In this document: positions 26,547 to 33,880 of the stretch, piece after piece
Numbering within the stretch: position 1 is the stretch's first letter
Layout: every line of letters starts with the position of its first letter
Source of the DNA: a bacterium
GTDB taxonomy: Bacteria > Armatimonadota > Zipacnadia > Zipacnadales > Zipacnadaceae
DNA: 39,465 bases
Assembly: GCA_030607655.1 (NCBI GenBank)
Contig: JAUWJN010000001.1
Location: 1 to 39,465 of the forward strand
Direction of reading: 5' to 3'
The notes under the pieces: generated by a model
What the model saw: only the letters and a program-made list of their open reading frames with translations
Databases searched by the model: none
What the model was told of the DNA's origin: nothing
Translations under genes and position numbers: made by a program

Positions 26547-27532
26547 GCATATCCGTGCTGCTGGAATTTCTTCTGCACCTCAGGAAGCCTCTCGTCGCTG
26601 CAGATGCCGACGATTGCCCCTCCGGACCCAGGGAGCTTGGCGGGGAGACCCAATTCGCGAGCAATGCTAATCATCTCCAGATTTATAGCGCCTAGATGGT
26701 CATCACCATATAGACGGCGCCGGAGGTCAAAATTCTTATTCATTAACTCTCCTAGCAGATCGGTTTGGCCTGCCTTCAGCGCTTGGCGAGCGCTGAGAGC
26801 AAGTTCGGCAATTTCTTTCATTGTCGCAATTACTAGCTGGTCACCCTGCTTATAGCGCGCATGCATCTGTCCGTGTGCCTTCGCAGAATTAGTTGGTTTC
26901 GCGCAATAAGCCAGGAATAAGGGGGGCAGCAGTGATATGTCGAGGTTTTCGTAGATGCCGTGATTGTGGCTCTTCATAAACTCATCATTGAAATCCATAT
27001 ACACAGTACCCCCGTATACTTGCACGACGCGGTCTTGGAGGCCGGCCCAAATTCCTAATTCTTCGGTTTCTACGCTTAGGACTATATTAGGTTGAATCGG
27101 CTTAGGGATATCTGCCTCGGTGAGCCGGTAAAACTCCATAAGCGCCTTAAATACAGCAGTGATAATTGCGCTGGAGCCACCTAAGCCCACCTGGAGGGGG
27201 ATGCTACTTTCGTAGCGAAGCTCGAAGTTGTTATCCGGCAATTGTACTAAATGGCTAGCACAATATTCCCAGAACTTTTTGCACGTGGCTGCTACTAACT
27301 TATCGGCGGCCGGCAATTCCCCCCTCTGGAGCTTATTAGCTAGGTCGTCGCGGTCGCGAAAAGTAGTTAAAGTCGGCGCGTCCTGATGGCCTATGCAAAG
27401 CCGTGAGCCCTCAGATAGTGTAGCAGTAGCCTGGAAATTGCCAATCACACTCGCGATCGCTTTGCCTCCAAATCCATCTGATGGGTTGCCGGATAGGCCG
27501 ATGCGTGCTCCTGTCGATTGCTTTATTGCCAT
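26510..27532 (-). CDS. GHMP-family sugar kinase, glucuronokinase-like
   Basis: ARIGLSGNPSDGFGGKAIASVIGNF resembles the glucuronokinase N-terminus. Motif II is IPLQVGLGGSSAIITA and motif III is LPGSGGAIVGI. Confidence 0.7.
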   Translation of the reverse strand: MAIKQSTGARIGLSGNPSDGFGGKAIASVIGNFQATATLSEGSRLCIGHQDAPTLTTFRDRDDLANKLQRGELPAADKLVAATCKKFWEYCASHLVQLPDNNFELRYESSIPLQVGLGGSSAIITAVFKALMEFYRLTEADIPKPIQPNIVLSVETEELGIWAGLQDRVVQVYGGTVYMDFNDEFMKSHNHGIYENLDISLLPPLFLAYCAKPTNSAKAHGQMHARYKQGDQLVIATMKEIAELALSARQALKAGQTDLLGELMNKNFDLRRRLYGDDHLGAINLEMISIARELGLPAKLPGSGGAIVGICSDERLPEVQKKFQQHGYACCRVHPTAGDP

Positions 27533-27692
27533 AGCTATGCCCTCATGATTCTATTGAAATACGAAACTGCTGATAGCTTGTAGACAGGGAGATTAGTGCC
27601 TGAAGTTGGCGGAGAGTAAAGCGCCCGTTGTTTTTGGGTAGCTTGCTGCTGATAATGCTGGGCGCGGGCTCCTGTTAGCAAACTGTGTCGGC

Positions 27693-30600
27693 TTAGCCGG
27701 CCAGCAACAAGGCTCCCACTATTGGGCCTAAGGCCCTAAGCACTCGCTCAAATCCCGTTTGAGTACGTATGGTCCGCAGCAGATAATCTGATGGGATTAG
27801 AATTATGTCGCCAGCCCTAATCTCTCTGATGTCCGATGCTAGGTATGTAGCACTGTTAGCCCGTATTACCACCGTCCGCTGCTGAGCTGCGTCATCAGTC
27901 AGACCACCGGCCTTCCTTATATAGTCGGCGAGTTTAGCCTGCGGTTGATACAGTACCGTACCAGGCCGGACGACAGAGCCTAATACCGCCACCGTATGCT
28001 TCCGCGGCGGCACAACGATAGTGTCACCGCCACGCAATGGAATATCGCCCTCCTGCCCTTGGGTATCTAGCAGCCTTTGTCCCTCTATGGGGATACCAGT
28101 TATCCAGTTTGCTAGCGACAGTACTCGGGGAGGAAATGCAACAGTGGCAGCTCCTTCCTGCGTAAAAATTTCAGCGGCTTGTACAATCGTCTGCTCGCCT
28201 AGTACAGTCCGCTGCCACGCCTCTTTCTCTGCTACAACAGGGCCGGCCGTCTCTCGGTTATACATTCTCATAATCTGTTGTAGGTTTTGCTGCTGGCTGA
28301 GGGTCATTGCTTTTTCCGTCGGGCGATATACTATAATGCCATCTACATTGGCATCAGCCAGCAGGGGCCCAGCTCTTTGTAGCAAGTCGTATACTGTCTC
28401 AGTTTCTTCGGTGCTGGTACGGAGTATATAGGCCCCCGGGGTAGTCATTTGCCCGTTTACCTCAACCACCTCTGCCTGCTGCCTAAAGTCCCCTACTCCC
28501 AGCACTGTAACTTGATCGTCAGGCTTCAGCAGCAAATCAGGCACAACTGTCACTTGATCTTCCTGCTCCCAATTTAGCTCAATCTCTTGGATCTTAGGTG
28601 TGCCGGGTTGGCGCCCCCGCGTATATTGGATTTTGTGGGCAGCGCCAGGCATCAGGCCCCCAGCGGCGAAAACAAGGTCACTTATTTTCATCTCCGCATA
28701 GTATTGGTAACTATCAGGGCGCTGCACGAACCCATCAATATGCACCTGCCGCGGCGATACTGCCGCTTCCTGAGTAGGTATCTCCAATATATCGCCAGCC
28801 GCCAGCACTAGGTTAGCGTCTATGTCGCCAGCCAAGGCCTCAACCAGCCTTACTTTCAAAACTCGGCGATTGCCATCAGGCTGTAGCCGCAATAGGCGTG
28901 CCTGCAACAAATAAGCTTCGTCGGTTACTCCGCCAGCTTGGTCAATCAGGTCCCGCACTGTCATCTGCTCTACCCACTGGTATTGGTCCGGATTTTGCAC
29001 CGGCCCGCGGACCTCAACATAAGTTAAGGGTGTAATCTCCTCGCGATAGTAGATGCGGATATCATCGTACGGCTTAACGACAATATCAACTTCTTCGGTT
29101 TGCTTTAGAGCCTCCTTTACTGAAAAGCCTATATGCTGAGGTTGCTTGTGGGCATCCAGGCGCTTAATCTCGCCGCGCTCCAGGTAAGCTCCTTCATCCA
29201 GCCCTTGGGCTGCCACCCGTATGACGTCGCTGAGTCGCATCCCTTCTTCTACCTCATAGATTCCTGGTCGCCGCACCGCACCGCTGATCCGCACTGCATT
29301 CTCAGGAATTGGGAGCACTGCTGGAACTACTACCACATCTCCTCCTTGTAGTCTGAAGTCAGCTCCAACCATTTCGCCGGATGATAAGTCCAATTGGAGG
29401 TTCACATTGATAACCGCTTGGCGCTGGTGCTCAGCTACTCGCCATACCTGAAGATTTTGAGCGTATGCTACAGGAGCTAAGCCGCCAGCCAAGGCAATTG
29501 CCTCCGCACAGGCAATAGATTCGGTTACCTCGTATCGGGCGGGCCGTTGCACCTGGCCAGTTATACCGATCTCTGGTCCAATTGAACCTGCAAAAATGGT
29601 GTCACCAGGCCGTAGCGGCTGGTCACTAAGAGGCGCGCCGGTCAACAGATACGGATATAAATCAATATGAACAGGTTCCTGCCCACGCCTAATCCAGCGA
29701 ATATTGCGTAAAGACCCAGATGTACTAGGGCCTCCGGCCGCATATAGAGCTGTTAGGACCGTTGCGGTTCCGTCCAGCTCATAGCGCCCGGGGCGCCTTA
29801 CATCTCCTGTTACATATATGGTTACTAGCCGCGTGGTTGCTACCGTTACCGAGACTTGACTGTTAGCATAGAACTCGCGGAGTTTTTGAGTTAGCAGACT
29901 ACGCGCGGTGCCTAAGCTTTCATCCGCGACAAATATTTCCCCTAACAAAGGCACGTAAATATTGCCCTCTGCTGAGACTGTTGCCGTGCTGTTGAGATGC
30001 TCGATGCCCTCGCCCCAGCACCGGATTGCCAATTCATCTCCCGCGCCCAACAAATATCCTGGAGGGACGGGCATATTTGCTGGGGGCTTACCCACTTCGA
30101 TTCCAGCCTTCGCAAACAACTCTTCGCCAAACCTAGGCAAGTTCGCTAGCTGCCTCTCTTCGGGCAGTATCCAGAGTTGGCGCAGCTCCTCACCCCTGGG
30201 CCGCGCTTCTGCAAGGGGTTCTTCCGGCTCTACCAATATTTTGACCAAAGACTCCGCGGCATTTTCGCAAACCTGCTGATCTTCGTCCCTCAATGCCTTC
30301 GTGAGTGCGGCCATGACATCAGGCGTTACTACCCCAATCTTTCCTAGAACTTCAGCAGTACGCCGCCGTATCGGGATACTCTCGTATTGCAGCGCAGCAA
30401 TGAGAGCGGGGATAGCCGGCTCCCCAAGTGCTTGTAATGCTTCCGGGGCGGCTTCTGGGCGATAAGACAGTGCAGTGATGAGGGCGGGGATGGCTGGTTC
30501 CCCAAGTGCTTGTAATGCTTCGATGGCCGCTTCTGGGTGATAGGACAGCACAACGATAAGGGCAGGGATGGCCGGTTCCCCGAGGGCTTGTAATGCTTCG

Positions 30601-30818
30601 ATGGCGGCCGCTCGGCGATAGGGTTCTTCGTCTGCCAATTGAGCAATCCACTGCTGTAGTGTCTTGCCTTGGTAGGCTAAAGAGGCCACTGGCTCAGCTT
30701 CAACGGGCGACTCTCCCCCGCCCTCGGGCTGTTGCCCCGCAGGGATAGTCTCTCCCCAGCCCCAATTAACTACCAACCCAATGAGTAGTACGACAAACAA
30801 CCAGCGTGGCAAACGCAT
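27693..30818 (-). CDS. HEAT-repeat / Wza-like OPX fusion with about 7 SLBB domains
   Basis: Signal peptide MRLPRWLFVVLLIGLVV. PBS-lyase-type HEAT repeats (EALQALGEPAIPALI x3, RRRTAEVLGKIG, LRDEDQQVCENAAESL). Poly_export signature YLLGAGDELAIRCW...VSAEGNIYVPLLGEI. Seven SLBB repeats follow. The C-terminus (LRTIRTQTGFERVLRALGPIVGALLLAG) parallels that of the 8451..11159 protein. Confidence 0.85.
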   Translation of the reverse strand: MRLPRWLFVVLLIGLVVNWGWGETIPAGQQPEGGGESPVEAEPVASLAYQGKTLQQWIAQLADEEPYRRAAAIEALQALGEPAIPALIVVLSYHPEAAIEALQALGEPAIPALITALSYRPEAAPEALQALGEPAIPALIAALQYESIPIRRRTAEVLGKIGVVTPDVMAALTKALRDEDQQVCENAAESLVKILVEPEEPLAEARPRGEELRQLWILPEERQLANLPRFGEELFAKAGIEVGKPPANMPVPPGYLLGAGDELAIRCWGEGIEHLNSTATVSAEGNIYVPLLGEIFVADESLGTARSLLTQKLREFYANSQVSVTVATTRLVTIYVTGDVRRPGRYELDGTATVLTALYAAGGPSTSGSLRNIRWIRRGQEPVHIDLYPYLLTGAPLSDQPLRPGDTIFAGSIGPEIGITGQVQRPARYEVTESIACAEAIALAGGLAPVAYAQNLQVWRVAEHQRQAVINVNLQLDLSSGEMVGADFRLQGGDVVVVPAVLPIPENAVRISGAVRRPGIYEVEEGMRLSDVIRVAAQGLDEGAYLERGEIKRLDAHKQPQHIGFSVKEALKQTEEVDIVVKPYDDIRIYYREEITPLTYVEVRGPVQNPDQYQWVEQMTVRDLIDQAGGVTDEAYLLQARLLRLQPDGNRRVLKVRLVEALAGDIDANLVLAAGDILEIPTQEAAVSPRQVHIDGFVQRPDSYQYYAEMKISDLVFAAGGLMPGAAHKIQYTRGRQPGTPKIQEIELNWEQEDQVTVVPDLLLKPDDQVTVLGVGDFRQQAEVVEVNGQMTTPGAYILRTSTEETETVYDLLQRAGPLLADANVDGIIVYRPTEKAMTLSQQQNLQQIMRMYNRETAGPVVAEKEAWQRTVLGEQTIVQAAEIFTQEGAATVAFPPRVLSLANWITGIPIEGQRLLDTQGQEGDIPLRGGDTIVVPPRKHTVAVLGSVVRPGTVLYQPQAKLADYIRKAGGLTDDAAQQRTVVIRANSATYLASDIREIRAGDIILIPSDYLLRTIRTQTGFERVLRALGPIVGALLLAG
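30408..30641 (-). repeat. Three tandem 78-bp (26-aa) in-frame repeats inside the HEAT region
   Basis: Units start at 30408, 30486 and 30564. A 23-nt core, tccccaagtgcttgtaatgcttc, is identical in units 1 and 2. The protein repeat is ..PEAAIEALQALGEPAIPALI.ALSY... Confidence 0.9.
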
Positions 30819-30856
30819 GTCTAATCCCTTCCTATATCTGGCAATATATCACTACT

Positions 30857-30871
30857 GTGAATAATATTCAC
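30857..30871. promoter_or_regulatory. 15-bp perfect palindrome GTGAATA-A-TATTCAC in the divergent promoter region
   Basis: Read directly from the sequence, between the HEAT-OPX gene start (30818) and dgt (31020). Confidence 0.35.
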
Positions 30872-31000
30872 TCGCGAGGGAGAAAACCCTTCTTATTATA
30901 TTGGCGCTCTGCCTCCTATTGTTCCCCGGTTAGCATTCGGGTGATATGCAGGAGTTGCCTTGTGTTTTTTGCTGTAGCGTTGTCCGCCCCGCTTTCGTCG

Positions 31001-31009
31001 TGGTATAAT
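31001..31009 (+). promoter_or_regulatory. Extended -10 promoter (TGgTATAAT) implying a leaderless or near-leaderless dgt mRNA
   Basis: The TATAAT at 31004-31009 ends only 10 nt before the ATG at 31020, and there is no Shine-Dalgarno sequence. Confidence 0.45.
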
Positions 31010-31019
31010 AGACCTAATT

Positions 31020-32084
31020 ATGAACATTCGCGAGCAGATACAAGAGCGTGAGCGAGAATACCTCAGTCCCTACGCTATGCTTAGTGCGGAATCAGCCGGG
31101 CGTCTGTATCCCGAAGAACCTTGCCCGGTGCGAACAATATTTCAGCGTGACCGGGACCGAATTATCCATCTGTGCCGTGCCTTTCGTCGTCTGGCCCAGA
31201 AGACTCAGGTATTTATCGCCGCCCGCGAAGACCACGTCCGCACCCGCCTGTCGCATACCCTGGAGGTCTCGCAGATTGCGCGCACCGTTGCTAAGGCCCT
31301 GCGCCTGAACGAAGACCTTATCGAGGCGATGGCCCTGGGCCACGATGTGGGGCATACGCCCTTCGGCCATGCCGGTGAGAATAGCCTTGACGAAATATAT
31401 CGCCACTACGACCCCGAAGCCCACTTTGCTCATCATGAGCATAGCCTACGCGTAGTTGATGTGATAGAAAGGGGCGGCCAAGGCCTTAATCTTAGCCAGG
31501 AGACTCGCCAGGGGATATTATTCCATAGCAAGGGAATGGGCGACTTGGAAGATGATTTTGCTTTAGTCCATGCCCCAACGCTGGAAGCAATGGTCGTCCG
31601 CGTGGCTGACCGTATCGCCTATGTCAATCATGACCTGGACGATTGCCTGCGCGCCGGGTTCTTACTATTAGCACAAGTCCCCTCCGATATTATAGAAGTT
31701 CTCGGCCACAGTCACAGCCAGCGAGTAGGTAAGATGGTCCGCGACCTAATCCAGAATAGTCAGGACCGCCCTCGCCTGAATATGAGCAAGGAAATTATCG
31801 AAGCTACCGACGCCCTGAAAGACTTCCTGTTAGGAAGCGTCTATAATTCGCCCCGAATCCTGCGGGAAGCAGCCAAAGTTCAAGGTATAATCCATAGCCT
31901 GTTTGGAGTCTATATGGAAGATGATGACGCCTTTGCGGAAATTACTGCGCCGGCTCCTGCGACCTCTCAGGAGCGCGCTCGCCTGGTGTGTGACTACGTC
32001 GCCGGTATGACCGACCGCTTCGCCAATGCTCAGTACCGGCGGCACTTCTTGCCTGCCGGCTTCCCCTCGTTTGAAGAACCCTAA
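31020..32084 (+). CDS. dgt: dGTP triphosphohydrolase-like HD-domain protein
   Basis: RDRDRIIH, FRRLAQKTQVF, TRLSHTLEVSQIAR, LGHDVGHTPFGHAGE and ADRIAYVNHDLDD. Confidence 0.85.
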   Translation: MNIREQIQEREREYLSPYAMLSAESAGRLYPEEPCPVRTIFQRDRDRIIHLCRAFRRLAQKTQVFIAAREDHVRTRLSHTLEVSQIARTVAKALRLNEDLIEAMALGHDVGHTPFGHAGENSLDEIYRHYDPEAHFAHHEHSLRVVDVIERGGQGLNLSQETRQGILFHSKGMGDLEDDFALVHAPTLEAMVVRVADRIAYVNHDLDDCLRAGFLLLAQVPSDIIEVLGHSHSQRVGKMVRDLIQNSQDRPRLNMSKEIIEATDALKDFLLGSVYNSPRILREAAKVQGIIHSLFGVYMEDDDAFAEITAPAPATSQERARLVCDYVAGMTDRFANAQYRRHFLPAGFPSFEEP

Positions 32085-32134
32085 TAGACGGCAAAAGGAA
32101 TAAGAGCAGCCCAAAGCAAGAGGGAGGATTTAGT

Positions 32135-32995
32135 ATGAGAATCTATCTTGTCAGTGATCTGGAAGGTGTGGCGGGGGTATATCAGTGGGAGAATGGCACG
32201 GAAGATACTAGTCTGGAGAACCATGAACGGCGCTGTCGGCAGCGGCGTTGGCTCGCTGAAGAGGTCAATGCTGCCGCTCGTGGGTTCTTTGACGGAGGAG
32301 CGAGTGAGGTCTGGGTCAACGACGGCCACGGTGCCGGCTATACCATTGACCTCGACCTTGTTGACCCGCGAGTGCGGATAATCCACGGCAAAGAGCGCTC
32401 CGCGTATTGCATAGGGTTAGACGGAAATTGCGCCGCCATCGGCAGTATTGGTACCCACGCGAAAGCCGAAACATACGGCGCAAATTTGTACCACACCGGT
32501 TCACGACCGGTCCGTGGTCATTGGGTCAATAGTATCAGCGTCGGCGAAACCGGCAAGCAAGCATTCCTAGCTGGCCATTACGGTGTGCCGTACGTATTCT
32601 GTGCCGGAGATGCCTGGGCGTGCAAAGAAATGGAGGAGCTGGCGCCCGGGTGCATAACAGTGCCAGTTAAGGTGGGCTTAAGCCGGCTATCGGCAAAGAC
32701 CCTCGTACCAGCGAAAGCCCGCGAGTTGATATACGAGGGTGCGCGGGAAGCTATTAATAGAATCGAACAGGTAGAGTCGCTACGGCTGGAGACACCCATA
32801 GTTTTTCGCGAGGAATTCTACGAGCCAGCATTTGACTCGGAAAACCCACCTGCGGTTGGGAGGATAATAGATAGTCATACGCGAGAGGTCCAAGCCGAGG
32901 ATATGCCCGCGCTGTTAGCTAAAATGTACGGCCATGATCCTGATTGGCAGCCGTTCTGGGAGCAATACCCTAAGTTTAGTAAGCATCAGATTTAA
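32135..32995 (+). CDS. Peptidase M55 (DppA-type D-aminopeptidase) family, paralogue 1
   Basis: MRIYLVSDLEGVAGV, VNDGHG, GTHAKA, GETG, and AGHYGVPYVFCAGDAWACKEMEEL (compare DppA AGYYDVPVLMVAGDDRAAKEAEEL). Confidence 0.85.
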   Translation: MRIYLVSDLEGVAGVYQWENGTEDTSLENHERRCRQRRWLAEEVNAAARGFFDGGASEVWVNDGHGAGYTIDLDLVDPRVRIIHGKERSAYCIGLDGNCAAIGSIGTHAKAETYGANLYHTGSRPVRGHWVNSISVGETGKQAFLAGHYGVPYVFCAGDAWACKEMEELAPGCITVPVKVGLSRLSAKTLVPAKARELIYEGAREAINRIEQVESLRLETPIVFREEFYEPAFDSENPPAVGRIIDSHTREVQAEDMPALLAKMYGHDPDWQPFWEQYPKFSKHQI

Positions 32996-33006
32996 GGAGC
33001 ATCACC

Positions 33007-33852
33007 ATGAAATTCTACCTGATGACAGATTTGGAGGGCGTAGCTGGTGTATATCAGTGGGAGAACCGTGAAGACGAGAGCCTGGAGAACCACGAGCGCC
33101 GCTGCCGACAGCGGCGGTGGCTGGCCGAGGAGGTTAATGCGGCGGTTGAAGGTTTCTGCGCAGGCGGGGCCACCGAGGTGATAGTCAACGATGGGCACGG
33201 CGCCGGATATACTATTGACTTGGACTATATGGACCCCCGCGCTGAGGTCATAAATGGGGTGGAGCGGCCCTTCTGGCTGCCCTATCTGGACGAGAGCTGC
33301 GACGCCACCGGCATAGTGGGTGCTCACGCCAAAGCAGGTACAATAAATGGGTGCCTATACCATACAATGAATACTGGGGTTCGCGACTGGCAGTTTAATG
33401 GAATCTCCTTGGGCGAAATGGGCCTACAAGCAGCTATAGCCGGCCATTATGGGGTCCCGTTCGTACTCTGCACCGGAGATGCGTGGGCGTGCCAGGAGAT
33501 GGAGGAGTTAATCCCAGGGATAATAACCGCGCCGGTCAAATATGGCACCTCGCGCTTCTCGGCACTGACATGCGCGCCGGAGGAAGCACGACGGCGAACA
33601 GGGGAAGCGGCCGAGCAGGCAATGACAGTGGTTCATCAAATAGAGCCGTTTAAACTCGATAGTCCGGTGCACTTCCGTGATGAGCGCGTCGAGCCGATGT
33701 TCGATGAGGAAAAACCCGCGGAGGGCTTTAAGGTCATCAATCCCCACGTCCGCGAGGCAGAAGCGGACGATATCATCCAACTGATGGCCCTGATCTACGG
33801 CTACGATCCGGATTGGAAGCCACTGGAGTTTATACCCGCCTGGAAAAGGTAA
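33007..33852 (+). CDS. Peptidase M55 (DppA-type) family, paralogue 2
   Basis: MKFYLMTDLEGVAGVYQWEN and ENHERRCRQRRWLAEEVNAA (identical to paralogue 1), plus VNDGHG and AGHYGVPFVLCTGDAWACQEMEEL. Confidence 0.85.
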   Translation: MKFYLMTDLEGVAGVYQWENREDESLENHERRCRQRRWLAEEVNAAVEGFCAGGATEVIVNDGHGAGYTIDLDYMDPRAEVINGVERPFWLPYLDESCDATGIVGAHAKAGTINGCLYHTMNTGVRDWQFNGISLGEMGLQAAIAGHYGVPFVLCTGDAWACQEMEELIPGIITAPVKYGTSRFSALTCAPEEARRRTGEAAEQAMTVVHQIEPFKLDSPVHFRDERVEPMFDEEKPAEGFKVINPHVREAEADDIIQLMALIYGYDPDWKPLEFIPAWKR

Positions 33853-33880
33853 CCGGCCGAGGCAGAGAGCCCCAGTGGGC

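Noticed and set aside
30408-30641. Tandem repeats as a possible CRISPR array
   Set aside because: The units are contiguous with no spacers, are 78 bp long, are in frame, and encode HEAT repeats. No cas genes are present.
30344-30651. Two roughly 100-aa minus-strand ORFs in the 78-bp repeat region
   Set aside because: They are alternative frames kept open only because the repeat is iterated. The HEAT-repeat frame is continuous with the 1041-aa protein.
30857-30871. The palindrome as a Fur box
   Set aside because: It shares only AT-rich dyad character. It does not fit the GATAATGATAATCATTATC or 7-1-7 TGATAAT-n-ATTATCA consensus closely enough.
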